Source: Podarcis gaigeae
Lineage: Eukaryota
Length of the DNA stretch: 64,000 nt
Direction: 5' to 3' (one strand)
NCBI GenBank assembly: GCA_964106915.2
Contig: OZ066919.1
Positions 1 to 15,021 of the stretch are shown here, one piece after another. The notes below the pieces were generated by a model, which was not told the origin of the DNA, made no database searches, and saw only the letters and a list, made by a program, of their open reading frames with translations. The position numbers and the translations under genes were made by a program. The first letter of the stretch is position 1. Every line of letters starts with the position of its first letter.

Positions 1-514
1 GCTTTGGTGTGTGCTTCTTTCCCTTCATTCTTTCTTTTTTTGTCTTCCTTGAAAAAGCACTAGAAAAAGAGTGCAGTTTTCATGGGGGCAGAAAACAGTT
101 TCAGCTCAGTCAGCTCAGTTCAGCCTTGATCACACCAAACAATGCTACTTATTGCTGTATCACTGACACTCTTGGCTAGTCAGAGACCAGAAAAGGAAAA
201 TGTTCTTTTCAAAAGGTGCCATCTTCTGAAGAGTACTGAGGGGGCCCGGCACGACATCACAACATTGCACAAAGTCCTGACTTAGGGCCAATGAGGATAG
301 AACAGTAGACATTGAGTGCGGCCCCATTTCCACGTCACATAGTTGTAATCACGAAAGGGGAGAATCCCTGAAAAAGACATTAGGGCTCTGATGGAAAGAG
401 CTGTATAAGTGGTGATTGTTATTAGAATAATTCAATGGTCCGTGTTGTGTATAGTCTATGGATTTTTTTTAAAAAAGAAAGAGGCAATGTTGTGTGAACT
501 CTTAGGATTAAAAT

Positions 515-861
515 GCACTGTGGGTTAAACCACTGTGCCGCTTGGACTTGCCGATCAGAAGATTCGAGGCCCCGCGATGGGGTGAGCTCCTGTTGTTTGG
601 ACCCAGCTCCTGCCAACCTAACAGTTTGAAAGCACACAGTCCAAATAGATAAATAGGTACCACTCCAGTGGAAAGGTAAACAACGTTTCCGTGCGCTGCT
701 CTGGTTTCGCCAGAAGCAGCTCAGTCCTGCTGGCCACATGACCCAGAAAAACTGTGGAAGCAGACAAACGCTGGCTCCCTCGGTCTGTAAAGCGAGATGA
801 GTGCCGCAACCCCAGAGTCATTCACAACTGGACTGCCAGGGGTCCCTTTACCTTTACCTTT
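515..861 (+). mobile_element. Sauria (POM-type) SINE
   Basis: Has a tRNA-like head (ctgtgggttaaac...ttcga), the core gtgagctcc...cctgccaaccta...gatgagtgccgcaaccccagag, and an (ACCTTT)n tail. Confidence 0.9.
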
Positions 862-1922
862 TTAAGAATACAATGGCTATTTTTAAGGTTAAATGTAAAC
901 CTACCCCACTTTACAGTAGCCTGCAACTGTTCCCAAGTTTGGCTGAATTTATTAGAATTGCAACTTGAGTCACGGCTTCTCCTTGCAAAAACTGCAAGGA
1001 AAGTCCTCTGCAGCCCAAACCTGATGCTACATCAAATAGCAGCCAGATATCATCATGATTTGTTTTTAGGGTTAGTGTTTTGTGAACTGAGCAGAGCTAG
1101 CAGGGGGAAAAAAGGCTTGGTGGGTTTCTTTTCCTTTTGTAGGTTATTGGCTGACACAGAAGCAAAAGCATGAACATAAACTAAATTTCCCTGGAGAGTA
1201 CCTTTCTTTTGTAGAGATGACAAAATGGCTAGCTCAGTGGTGTTACTGAGCTAAAACCTAGCAAAATCTGCCACAAAACCAAACACATTAAATACAATAT
1301 CTCAGCCAATAAAAGAAAGCACCTTTAAATTTAACGACAACGCAAGCCAATAAAATACTCACAATATTTTCATTCAGTCTGTGGAGCAAAGTAAACGAAC
1401 GTTTTAAACTAATTCTCCAGGTCCCTGTAAAAACAGTCAACTTAAGGAATCTTCCTAGCAATGGCCATGTACTCCCCCCCCCCATTTTATTTTTTAGTAC
1501 AGGTAGCGAACTAAGAGCTGAAAGAACAATTCAATAGAGCAGGTGACACCATACGTAAAGGATATCAATAAAGTATTGAAGTGTCAAGTCATTATTTATT
1601 ATCCAACGGGAGAGCCTGTAGATGCACACATTTGTAGCAGAGCACAACTTAATACTGCAACAACTATTATTTTCTATGTGCCTAAACCATTTTTTTCTCT
1701 ATTCAGAATCTTTCCAGAGTTGTGGGTTTGAGCCCTACGTAGGGCATTGCAGGAGTTCGACTAGATGACCCTCTGCAATTCTATGATTCCTCTGGGTATC
1801 AGCTCTCCAAACACACACACACACACTTCCTATCCTTCAGCTATTTATAGCTGAAGGTGTGGTGACAGCAGCTTTCTGGTCCACACCAATGGTAGCATGG
1901 GAAGAGGCAGCATGTTCATATA

Positions 1923-2148
1923 CAGTGGTACCTCAGGTTACATACGCTTCAGGTTACACACTCTGTTAACCCAGAAATAGTGCTTCAGGTTAAGAACTTT
2001 GCTTCAGGATAAGAACAGAAATCGGGCTCCGGCGGCGCGGCAGCAGGGGGAGGCCCCATTAGCTAAAGTGGTGCTTTAGGTTAAGAACAGTTTCAGGTTA
2101 AGAATGGACCTCTGGAACAAATTAAGTACTTAACCTGAGGTACCACTG
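1923..2148. mobile_element. Tc1/mariner (Tigger/pogo-like) MITE, 226 bp
   Basis: TIRs CAGTGGTACCTCAGGTTA...TAACCTGAGGTACCACTG, flanked by TA on both sides. Confidence 0.9.
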
Positions 2149-5100
2149 TATTACAGGGTGGAAATAACCTGTTTCTGCCTCTGACAGGTGGACTTGCACA
2201 GACTAGCATCTGTGTGAAGATGAATAATGAACAAAGCTCTAAGTGTTCAGTCTGTGTCTGTTTTTATGTAGTTAAAAAGAACAAAACCCCAAACCCAACC
2301 CATTCAAACCAAAAAAATTGCTATCAGTCATGGTAGTGGTTTTCAAACTTTTTTCTCGGGCCACACTTTCAGAATAAAAAATTGCTATGCAACACCAACT
2401 TTTTATTGATAAGAAATACATTAAAAACAAAAAGAATCAACCCCTGATTTATAGCAAAGAGTACAACTACTCTATAATATGGGACATCCAGAAAGTAAAA
2501 AAACTATGCAGCTACCTAACAACATGAATCATTCTTAAAATATAATATTGACTGTTCTTGAATCTTCTTGCTACCAATGTGGCATGCTACACCCTTTGAG
2601 AATCACTGGTCTAATGCCCAAGTCTGGTTTTCCAGAAATCATTGCATAGGCAAAATATACACAGGAGACATATCGAATGGGCTCAATGGGAATCAACACA
2701 AATGGCCACACAGATAAATTATACATACAGGCAAACTGCATTGAAAATAAAATCCTATAGTTTCGGTGTTTCAGAGTTTGCATTCATAAATGTAATAATC
2801 GGAGTTTAGACCAACAAGCACTAACACATACTCTGATGTATGTTTATTTTTTTAAAAATAAAACATAAGCTATGGCAATGAATATTTTGTGATTGGTTCA
2901 GCTCTATGTATAGTGCTGCTTAACTGAAGTTTTAATGGGCCTAATTTATTTTTAAGCCATTGACTAGCAGCTCGGGGGGGGGGGGGGAGCCCTTAATACA
3001 GTCACAAAATGAACATAATGCTAATTTTGTGTTTTTGAACACTATACTACACCCCTGCTCCTAGAATATGTACCACTGTGATGTGTTTCTATTCAATCAC
3101 ATGTTTGTTTACGGATAAAGCAAATGTCAAAGGCACACAAATCATATATAGGAAACACACATTATGTAGAATAGAACAATATTTATTCCATATGATGCTA
3201 AGTGCCCATTTGGCAATTTGAACCTCGCATTCAAATGGTATGTGTAATTACACACTACTAGATTCAGTGTTCTAATCACAGAGGCTTAATTAAGATGTTT
3301 ATTTTAAGCAGCATTTTTTTTTTTTTACAATACAGCTTAAGAATTATTATTATTTTTAATCTGACGTGGGTTTTTTGTTTCACTATCATCAGAGTCAGTG
3401 TTCTCACTTCCTGCAAATTTTGCTTCAGGGCAGATGGGCTGTGGTAGGGCGTGACTGAGGATGACTCACCAATTCTAGGTGCTCCTGAGCCAGCTAGGTC
3501 TAGGTAAACAATGGGTCTCCAACGTTTGGGGCCCAAGAATGCATCTGGAAATCTAAGGGCACCCCCAATTTGTCAATATTCTGCAGGAGGGATTTAAACC
3601 GAAACTTTAGGTTTGTGTATTTTAAAGTGGATTAAAAACACTCTGTTGCCCTAATGAAACAAATTCACTTTTAAACAAAACAACAAACTTTTTGCAGTTT
3701 GAATGTGATGGGGAAATGCACTGAAAAGTGTGTAACAAACAAATTACGCCCCATGAACAAATCTGGAAATTGTCATATAACTGCTCTGTAACAAATCAGA
3801 ACAAATGCTCAGTAAAGACCAGATAAAGTCTAGCCACCATTTAGACTTCATTCAAGCAACTTGCTGGAAAAATAGGTTTTCCAGAGGAAACCTAAAAAAA
3901 ACTGTAGTGGGTATGACAAAATAGTCTTTTCACAGATGAAGGAATGGTCATGATGTGAACATGACTCTTCCTTGAAAAGCAGGAAATACTGACACTCATC
4001 CCAAAACAAAACACAGGCAAAACCAGCAGGAACTCCATCTCAAAGAATGTTCCCCCAAGCCAGAAAACATCAATTAGAAACTGGAAGGGGGTAAGGGATT
4101 TAAATGGATGAGAAGGTACACTGGTGCCCTCAAGGGCCATGTTGCGGACTCCTGATATAAACCAACACATAGCATGTGGTAGCAAACTAGAATGTACAAT
4201 AGCAATCCAGATCTGTAGCACTTGGTCCACAAAACATGCCATGCTCCATACATCACTTTGGTTACCCCCAAGGCCATCAAATGGAAACTTTACTATAAAA
4301 CATTTGCAGATATTTAGCTAACATAGTTTGCCCCAGATGCATCTTTACCCACCAAAGGATCATTTCTTTATGAGTGGTCTTGAGGACGCCAGTTCCAGGT
4401 ATTTTGCACTAAGCCCAGGTTCTTGTGCCTTTAGCGCCTTCTAAAAAAGTTTTGTGCTTTTATGTTTTGCTTATGATCTTGCATCTGTTCATATAAATTA
4501 GAATATGCAAATTTCATGCAACTTTGTGCCATAAATTTTGCCATAAAGGCCAAGTAATTCCTCAGCTCCTCCCCAAATATATATGTCTTGTCTCCATATA
4601 TGGAATGCATACGTCTCCCTCCTTTTCTTTCCTACCGTCAGAAGGGCCAAAGCAACTTTCAAGTTCACTCTAAACTTCCGTTCAGCAGAAAAAGTTCTGC
4701 TTTTATTACTGAAGTAACATGACGTAAATATGCTGTTATCTATTTCCTTCTTCTGCCACTAAAGCAGATGTTCAAGACAACATGGTATTTACATTTCGCC
4801 ATCCTTATTACCATCTCTCAACATTTCTATGGCACCTTTCATCCCCAAAGAGCTGAAAACATATGATAGGTATACAAACAGATCACTTAATTCAGCGCTA
4901 AGATGAATCTGTGACAGCTGCTTAACGACATTAAGCGATGATAGAAGCTTTTGTATATGCAGCTGAGTCCCCTTTAAAATATTATGATGCATAATTCTCT
5001 TTGCTTGACAGGAAGGCAGTAGTTCTCAATTTTATTTTACTCTTACAGTGAAGGGCCAAAAAACTACCATGCAGGGCACAGAATGGCTTCACCAATGCTT

Positions 5101-8100
5101 TCTTTTTAAAAAAGATATAAAATAGCAAAATAATGATTTCAAATCAAGTTTATAGTCTAAGTACCTATTTGCTGCAATCATGAACATTTGTATCTTTTTG
5201 TTCTTTGTTACAGTGCAATCAGAAGTGGGAATTGGAATGGAGGCACTCACTCAACCTTGTGTTGCCCACATCACTCCTGCGTACTGGGAGAGAGAAGGGA
5301 GAGACAAGGTGGCAACAGGACTGGCAGATTGCGATTGCACTGGCAGGAGCTCCAGGAGCTTCTGTGAACTGCCCTGAGGTGGTATACAAATTCAATAACT
5401 AACTATAAATTTAATAACTAATAATAAAAAGATTGCCTAAGTCCAAAAGAGTTCAATCTGTTTTGTCTTCAATAATTGTGCATGGGATTAGCTGTATTTT
5501 TTTCTTATTGAAATCAGTGGAACTCATGTCATGCAGTGACTAAATTGCCTCACTTATTTCAGAATGACCAGTGTAACATCGGATCCAAGTCTATAATCTT
5601 AAATCTAAGCCATAAACGTTGAACAATTAAGAATAAGTAAAATTAAAGCTGTTGGTGATAAATGGTAGCAGTACTCAAACTATCATCAAACATCTTATGA
5701 TTTCTTTCAATAAGACACAGATGGTGAGCTATTCAACCTTGAGTTCTAGCATGGTGGCTTAGAAGTAGCTTCTTAAAGCATTCACAATGACACTTCTATA
5801 AATTCTGCAAAACCAGCCTGTTATTCCTAGTTGTTTTGAATTGATTACAACTTAGATGCCTGTTGCTTGTAGGTAGAATCAAAGTGATTTTTGGAGTCCC
5901 AGTTCCTATTTTCTGGGAGCAGATTACTCAGCCATTACCTGCCCCTCCCTTCCACACTGCCTCCTGATAAGCTGCTCTGGAAGCAAGAGTGGATCACCTG
6001 GTGAGGTCAAGCCACAGCTATAGCCTTCAAGCAGCAGCATTGCCATTTACCAGTAGGTTGTGCTGCATGGGTGCATCAGTGGAGTGGCTCCCTCTGACCT
6101 ACTGGATGAGCCACCTGAATTTTGTCTTTGAGTGAGCAGTAGTGCTTTGAGCTCACACTGAGGCCTCGTTGGACCGAAATCAAAATATTTTCAGTTGCAA
6201 ACCAAAGCATATTTACCTGTGATTAATTTCCATTAAGTGCAGATGAAATGTAAACAGAAATATTCAAATATATGGTCTGCATCATAAGCCTACTTAGCAC
6301 TTTTTTCCCCTTGGGTACATGAGGTTTCTGAATACACACATTTTAAGATATGTGGGTATTTCACTTGCTTTTTCCACACAGAATTTGCAGCTTTGTTTAG
6401 GAATATTTAGCAGCAATACTGCTCCCTTGCTTCTGTGGTTTGAAAATAAGTAAAAATTATGCAAGGCAGAGTTAGTCCCTGTTTTCTGGCAGTCTCCAGA
6501 TTTGTTTTCAAGGAATAGGAATTTTGTTTGTTTGTTTCAACTTAACACTGTGCTAATTCAGAAGCAGGGTTTGCATATTTAAATACGCTTAACTCCTTTT
6601 TTCATTGTCTCTGTGTCTTAGCTACTCTGCAAATGGGGCCTTTCATCTCAGGTACATATGGTAAGACTGCTTGCTCCTTTGGGAAAATGGGTTTAATGAA
6701 TCATAAAATGCATGCTTTTACTTATAGCAAAGACTTCGTTTTTCCTCTTTCTAAGCAGAGGAAGCTCTGTGCAAAAACCTACCAAGTAAATGATGCAAAA
6801 TGCTTAAGGTGGGCCCCTAGATGGCAGGATGGGACTATACAGTATACACACCCACACAGTGACAGTGTTATCTCATAAAGCTTCCAGTATGTATTGGAAG
6901 CAAAATATTAATAATATATACTTCAGAAATAATATTGTTGGAATAGACTAGAAGAAAGATTAATCACAAATAATTAAAATTCTGTGGCTTGCTATATTAT
7001 CCTTGATATCGGGAGATGCTTCATTTTTCATGTCTACTGATGATAGGTTGTTTATTCAGCCACAAGTTGTGCCCCAGTGCTCTTGGCAATGTGGTCACAA
7101 AATTCACAAGGCACTGATTAGCTGGAAAGGTTGAAGAAAGATTTCACAACATCTATGTTGCCATCTAGATCCCCATTGCCTTAAATAAATTCTCATTTGT
7201 GCTGGCTTCAGCAATTCCATTCGTAGTATTATTTGCATCGCATACATGTGGTGATCTATCATTTAGGAAATAATCGGGGACACACCTGTTTAGCTTCAAA
7301 AAATTACATTACTGAGTAGCTAGACTTGAGTTCCATCCACCCACCCCAATGGCACTTCTATACCACAGCACTATAACTTCTTTGAAACAATTATTGTTAT
7401 GATCACCTCCCTCATTTATCAACCTCTTATACTACTGCTGTACTGAAAATTGTCTCTCATATTTTTGTCAACCTTTCTCCAACAATGAATGAGAAAGGAA
7501 ACTGTATTTGAAAATTATCAAAGGGGAAAGACAAGTTTGGTGAAATTCTCGTGGGTGAGATGCAGGGTTTGTTGTTGTTGCTGTGCTTACCTTATTTATG
7601 AGGTGGCTGAGGAATGTTTGTGGAATGTTCATTCTGCAGGTCATCTCACCAGTGGTCTGTAGTCTGCAGCCTTCCCAGGTGCTTTCACTTTACTTAAATC
7701 CCAGGGGAAGACATCATGAGATAACCCCTCCCACTGGGCTTTTTCATATCAGGAAGTGGAGGCAGCTAGAGAGCCTGCAGAGTGCTAGAGTGTTTACTGT
7801 AAAGGAAAGCACACACAGCACCCTTGACCACCCTGCAATAATAATAAGGGAATATCAAAGCCTGAGGATGAAATGGGGAAGAAAAAGGCTCTTTTGCAGG
7901 GGAACAAAACCTTAAAAATATGCAGTAGTATTTCTTAACAAAGATCTGTGTACTTTTACACACCCCGGATCCCAGGGTGATTATTGCAAGACCAGGCAGG
8001 CTCATGTTAACTATTTAATAGGGATGGGTGAATCTGTCAATTCCAGTTTCTCTAATTTTCCAATCTTAAATTCAGTTCTCCACATTTACATATCTGTTTC

Positions 8101-9481
8101 TGATTTTTTTAAAAAATAAAAAGTCCTCATTCACCAATCCAATCCCTGAGGCTTTCAGGTGAGTCATGGTTTGTGGTTTCTTATGGCTCAGACAGACAGC
8201 TCATATTCACAAGGAGCTGTGTATTAAGAACTGTGGGCCTAATTTTATGGAATTCCCTTCTAGTTGACATCAGAAAGGCCCACTGTTGAATTTCTGCTGC
8301 TTACTGAATCCTTTTTTTTTTATTTAAGCAGGCTTTTAAATTCCATTCTTATTTTATAGTTTTAACTCATTTTCAGAATTATTATATTGGGTGCCCTGTG
8401 CACCACTTGGAGATTTAATATAATGCACTTTTGAATGTTATTTTCACTAACAGGTGCATTTATACTTACACTTTACCCTAGTATGTGTACACATTACCTG
8501 GCTGGAGACCTGCATTGCAAAATTCAGAGAAGTGTGAATTTCAAAGAGTAGTTTTATTTCAGTTTGTGTATTGCTTCAGAAAGTGAAGACTAGGTAGGTT
8601 CACCTTTAAATGTGAGCACAATCAAATCCATCCATTCTCTACTATGTTTAGATACTCCTATAGATAAGTAAAGACTGGTTTTGTTTTAATATATTCACTT
8701 GGTTACTTATTCTGAACTAACCATACTTCAACTAAAACACTTGAATCAGAAGTTGGTTAGCTAAACACGGGCTCTTGAGTAACCTTTCTCACATTTTTGT
8801 GTGTGGGTATATGAACAATAGCAAAGCTGTTGTCTTTTTCTCAGTTCCATAGAGAAACAAGTGTTCAACAAACAATTCAAGGTAAGTTGTAAAAGGGTTG
8901 TGTGACCAATAAGACAAAAGAGTGCATCATTACAGCAATAATACCAATTCCTGACTTCTAATTCATCATTATTCTTATCTGTGACAAATACTTAATGTTA
9001 CAAGACCACACAATGTAAGCAGAGTGTAGTGCTGCATGTTGCTATTTAAGCAAACACAAGTATGAGTATTTATCAGAAGTCTTTCTGAACATATTTCTAA
9101 AACAAATATGTTCCTTCATGAAGGGGCATTATGGTGCCCCTGAACAAACCAGTATTACAGTATAGATCAGGGGTCCCCAACATGGAATCTGTTAGTGGAC
9201 ATTTGCCCATAGAAGCTTTTCCTGGTGACCATAGTGCCTCCCAATGATACCAGGCTTGAAAGAAGCATTCTGTTATAGCCAATAGAAAAGATTGTGGTGT
9301 GTGCTTAGTTACTTCTATGTGTGGTGACCATGACAGTTTCTCTGGTTTGCAGATGTCACCATGGGTCAAAATGATTGGCAACCGAAGCACACCATTCCTG
9401 TTGCTCTGCCCACTCTAAGCAATGCACCCATGTTTCACTGCTATGAAATGAATTGTAAGTTCAAAGCAACTTGTATCTGAG

Positions 9482-9609
9482 CATGGGTGTAGCCAAGGGG
9501 GCGGGGGGCTGCAAACTAAATCAATAAAAATACATAGCAAGCTGAGGTTCTGCCCCCCCTGCAACAAAAGGCCTGCCCCCTCCAACAAAAATCCTGGCCA
9601 TGCTCCTTG
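9482..9609. mobile_element. Degenerate short hAT-like MITE
   Basis: CATGGGTGTAGCCA...TGGCCATGCTCCTTG; imperfect TSD TATCTGAG/CGTCTGAG. Confidence 0.55.
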
Positions 9610-11194
9610 CGTCTGAGTCCAAGTTTCAAGTCAAACAAACAAACAAGTTGGCATGAGTCAATCTTGTAAGTCAATCTTGCTCATTTACATTTTTCACCAT
9701 GAAAGTGGTTAAACACTGCAAACAGCCCTGGGATCACATTACCTCCACTACTTTAGCACCTAAAGTTGGGGGGAAAAAATGCCATCACTAGAAGTCTTCC
9801 ATACATATCCAAATCCTTTTGAAGGGACACAAATATAAAGTTTATTATCAAGGATTCTGCAATAGTGGGAATTTTGCAAAAGCGGAGGTGAGTTGTCTTC
9901 TACATTTATAGAATCAGTTGCTCCAATGCTATAGTAAGGCTTTGTTACAGAACCATGATAAAATCGCTGTGTCTTCACACACCAATTGCAATCCTGCAGG
10001 GGAATGAAGATAGCTGGCCAACAGGGGCTCCATATCCTCAGTCAGTATTGGCAGCTTTTCTAATTACTCCATTCCAGACACTCAATTATTTCTTGTATCT
10101 TCCTAATGTATCACTAGCTCTTTATTTATTCATGAACATTTTAATTAAGAAATCAAAGTCTATTTTTTTTAAAAAAAATAGTGAGCAATATTTTTTGTCA
10201 GATTCTATTTATTGTAACACTCGATAAAATATGTCAGTGAATTGCTCATTGTCAGCTAATTGAATTCTAAAAGAATTATGCATGGTGTATGATATGGCAA
10301 ACTTCTACAGCTCCCAGAACACACATACCCAAATAAATAGTTCATTCCTGTAGGCAAAACCTTGTGGCAATCTCATTAGTATATTGGACTTACTTCTTAA
10401 TTGTATATGTCACAATTGTTCACCTGAGCTCATGAGACGGCTGCAAACTATCATAGCCTATTTGCATAGGAACCCCAGTAAGTTCATATTCAACGTCCTA
10501 CATTAGAGAATAATGTACAAGCCAGAAACTTCCTCTCATACCTTGGGATATATCCCATACATGCAACAGGTGTTAGAAACGGAACACACATGAAAGAACA
10601 TTAGGACCTGCAAGTAACACACATCAAACAACAGTCTTTCAGGAAATGAATTAATTTTAAGTAGGAACTGATGGCAGACACTGAGGCCTACTCAAAGTAT
10701 TAAAACTCTCATTTGCTTTTTCATGTGCCCTGAACTTGTGCTTTGCAAAGCACTTCATGAAACTGGCCGACCTTTGCCTACAAAATTCACTACTGGTTGG
10801 CATGTATGGTGAACTCCAGAGTAAGACTTCTCCACGAAACATGGTGGCGCTTGTCTTATTAGCCATGCTCAGCAAAAGCACAACTCACCTACCAGGCCAT
10901 GTATGATCCAGCCCTAAGACTGAGATTCCTCCTGCCCAGGTCAGCCCAGGTACAATGTTCTTGCACTCTGCTTGAACCAAACGAAGCCAAACAATCACAA
11001 AACAGACTTCTATCCTGGGTCACTTCAACCCAGACCTACCGCCAAATGAAATGCATGTGAAATTGTTCAGAGAAAAATGTGGGAGTCAACAATACTTTTC
11101 AAGAGATCATGAAGCAGGTGGACCTCTTCAGGGCAGAGAGGGTAAAAGAAAAAGCCTAAGGAACAATACTTTCCACCATCTTTTTTTGACTTAC

Positions 11195-11346
11195 GGTTAA
11201 GAAGCAGGCTGGCATTGGTTGTGCCTAGTTTGTTGGCAGCAACACATGTGTAGTTTCCAAAATGATCCTCCGTCACATTGTTGAAATTTAAAAATGATCT
11301 TGAACTATAGCTTTTAATAGTGATCCCTTGTTGTCCATTGATCAGT
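11195..11346 (-). CDS. NEGR1: NEGR1 coding exon (equivalent to human exon 6; C-terminal half of Ig domain 3)
   Basis: Translates (K)LINGQQGITIKSYSSRSFLNFNNVTEDHFGNYTCVAANKLGTTNASLLLN(P), containing the IgLON motif GNYTCVAANKLG. The acceptor is ttcctcccttctag| and the donor is |gtaag. It is 152 nt, and AA|A across the junction gives Lys. Confidence 0.96.
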
Positions 11347-14300
11347 CTAGAAGGGAGGAAAAGGGAAATATTCAATTAGAAGGCATAGGCAAATATATTT
11401 TGCATTTTCCTCTCATGTGGATGGAAAACAATAGTTTTTACCTGATTGGGATGGAGGAGTAAATGAGATAACATGGACAAGGAATGGCAGTGATGCCTTA
11501 TTGGGTATATGATGGTGTTTGCCACAGCAAAGGGCTTTCCATTTTTGCTCGAAAATAGCTTAAAGGTACCTTTCCTTTCCCTGCCAATTGACAGGGGGCA
11601 AGCCCAGTTGTGAGTAGTGAAGGTGGTATGGGGGAAATGCCATAGGTAAATAGTCAGGAAAGAGATGCTCAGTTCAGGGAGCATTTCGTGGGCAAGCAAG
11701 AGAAAAGCTGGCAAACGACTTAGGCCCAAGAGCTCTGAGTAAGGAAAGGCTCTTCTTGCTTTCCTTGGGCATTACAAAGGGAGTAGGGAATACTGGCACC
11801 AACAGGAGACAGGACAGGTCAAAGGGCTTCAGGTGAACTTGTATTCTAAAGCAAAGCAGGACTGATACCAATAGTCTTACGACTAAAAATTTGTTCCAGT
11901 TCATCAAGATGACGATTTAGAAATTAAGAACTCTCAGAAGCCCTTGTTGCAATGGATGTGTTTGTAAAGGAAGACTGGGATTGTATAGCTGCATTCAGCT
12001 AAATGCCTGCATACAGCCTACATGGGTGCAATTTTACTGCACAGGGCTCTTTGCATATGATCAGTAACCCTAAGAACCATTATAAGAGCCATGCAAGTCT
12101 ATGGCGGCTTTGGGAACTGAACCCATATGTCCACTGAACATTTATTTGTTGATTCGTTTATGATGCTCTCAACACAAACCCCTGCACCATCAGGAAAGTC
12201 TCCTATTACCTGCTTGGTTTAGTTAAACTTTGTTCCATTTTACAAACATCAATAGCACTTGCCTGAGCCCAAATGCTACTTCTGCATATGCAAAATGTTG
12301 CTCTCCTCTCCAAAGAACAGCATGTGTTTGCATATTATTTTAGACTGCACTGATTCCAGACATTTGGCTTGACCCCCTACACCAGCACTATTGTCAGTAT
12401 TGGTGCTAAGTTCTCTCTTCCCCACTGCTCTTGTAAGCCCTTTCCTTTCCTCCCATTTCTTTTTATTCCTCCTACCAATAGCCATCTGAATCAATTGGTG
12501 TGCACCCATCAAACGATCTTGAAATACACATCTAATATAACACCATTACTTCTTAAAAACAAACCTGGTAAATGCAAATGATCCACCATCTTTTTTGTCA
12601 TCGACTACACATCATAATGGATTTTTGCACCTCATATTGGCTTTTCCTTAGTTCTATGAATTGTGCACTTTTTCACACTAAATGAGCAGCTTATGAAAAG
12701 CAAAAGCCCATTTAAGAAGGTCAGGAAGCAGCCAGGTACATTTTAATCCCAGCAGAAGTATATTAATCCCTGCACAGCAGTATATGGTATGTACTGCGAC
12801 TAGACCTCAGCCTTATGTGTGTATATTTAAAGGTAAGTCTCACAGCAGAGTTTTTTTTCATTCAAGTAAAGTGAATGTAGTATTGCATTCTAAAGAGATT
12901 GTACTCTCTCTCTTCATCAAGAGCACATATATTATCCATAGAAAGCTCACTCGCCCCTTTCTGTTTTACTATAGGGAAATTTTGCAGATTCACTTCTTTA
13001 AAACGATAAAGAATCCAAGTTGCTCCTTCCTATCACTTGCTACGCAAAAGGGAAGCAGTATTTTCTTTAATGTAACTTTCTGCTTTAGTGACTGTGCTTA
13101 TTTCCGCTCTTCCCCCCCTTTCCTATCCTTGTGGAAGATTGCTTGTATCGGACTGGAAATACAAATAAGTTTAGCAGGCAAGTAGCTCTCTAGAAAGGTG
13201 CCCCCAGTGCTGCAGAAAATTTTGTGTACAGAAAGCTGTGGACCGGAACAGAGAGGCCAATCTTCCACTCAACAGATCAATGCATAGCACGAGTGTCCAA
13301 AGTTTGGGTCTGCATACTGAGGTGGAAGAGATTTCCAGCAAAGGAGAAAGCTTCATGTAACAGACATGCTGCTCCATCTTGGATTGATCGAGAGGATTTC
13401 CTTTACTCCTTTATTAGTTCCACCCTGGACTTATTAGAAGAAGGGTGAACTCTATCAACTCAGTGAACCCTATTTCTCAGAAAGAAAAAATATCTGAAGA
13501 GATTTTTTTTAATGAAAATTTTGTTTTTTAGACTTGAAAAAGTCTGCCATTTTACCAAAAAAAGGTCTCAATATTCTCTGCCAATTCTTCCCACAATGCC
13601 CTGAAATTACACTACATCCAATGCATTGTGGGAGATGCAAAATGGTGGTTAGATAGCCAGTAGAAAAGTTCTGGTATGCTGCTTTCAGTGGCCACAAAAT
13701 ATTTGGGTGGGGGAAGAAAGACGCTATGCCACAGCTAATGAAACCACACCTGAGTCTTTTGGGCCCTCCTCCCAACAAGCTGTTGTGTCAATTTTGCCAC
13801 TTGTTGAGCAGTGTGAAGAATTTTGGGTGGCCAATTTCGCTCAGCTCTTTTTAAAGCCAAATTTAGGAAGACTCCATCAGTCAGAAAAGTGACATTTAGA
13901 GTCTTCATATGACCAAAGGTTGAGACTTCTTGGCATAGGAATTTCCAGAAATAGATGAAGGAGCAATTGGTAAACACTGTGGATAATTTGAAAAATATTT
14001 TTCTCTTGGACTCATTTATTTTCAGGACATATGTAACCACATTCAGAAGTTGGATAGGCATAGTTAAATGTGAAAATACTTAGCTATGCTTGATTACTCG
14101 GGGAATTGCTTATATTTCATCCTGAAAGCAGAACTCTTGCCTATATCAACAAGTTACCATTTAATTTTGATATATTGAGGCAGCACATCATAAATCTGGG
14201 AGAGAGGTACAATTCCCTCCCCAGCATTCAGCCTCGAAATGCATATCTATCATTATTAATAGTATAGCTGCATATTGATGATTTTATATTTTACATTACA

Positions 14301-14962
14301 TTAATGCTCCTATTTTTTATTTAATCAGTACACAGCCCTGCATATAAAATAGCATTTGGTTTAGTCATCTCAAAGCAGTAGACAACACACTAGTAGGAAA
14401 CAAATAGTCCTTTTCAAAACCGTGAAGCATGAGTTATTGCTGCATTGAGCAAACATGAACATTTAGGAATTATAGGTTTGAATAATTATCTCTAGAAACC
14501 TCACCTTTGTTTAATCTACTTTTTTCTAAGTGATTTACTTTGAGAATTCAACTTCACTTGCGTAATTTGCAAGTGTTTGAAGCTGTTTAATTCATTTTGA
14601 AAAAAGGGATGGAAACTCTCAGTTTCTTTTCACTACTGTGGTACAGCAGCAAACCAAGAAAAAATAAATATATTAACAAGTTTACTGAAGTCTAAAAGCA
14701 ATTCATATTAAGATGATTCACTCACGAATGCTGAAGTGTAAATCAAGCATTCAGAAGTACTTAAGAGCAAGCAATGAGTAATGATGAGACAAACATAATT
14801 GTGAATATTGAATACTGATGCTACTTGATTAGGATCCATTATATTACCTTTTATTTCGCAAAAGTTTTATATACTGCTTATTCAAAAAATCTCTAAGCTG
14901 CTTACATAAAATAGTATAATATTCATTAAAATAGCAATAAAAACAGCTTTTAAAACAGTAGA

Positions 14963-15021
<59 letters not shown>

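Noticed and set aside
10889-10967. Possible 79-nt cryptic exon on the minus strand with a consensus AG|GTGAGT donor
   Set aside because: The polypyrimidine tract is weak, the length shifts the frame, and there is no similarity to IgLON C-termini.
11067-11194. ORF read-through past the exon-6 donor (RKSKKDGG...HIFL*) as a secreted, GPI-less NEGR1 isoform
   Set aside because: There is a strong GTAAGT donor, and a 42-codon open stretch can occur by chance. No transcript evidence is available.
1-11194. NEGR1 terminal exon (GPI-anchor signal, PPSTAQYG...)
   Set aside because: I saw no matching sequence; it presumably lies beyond position 1.
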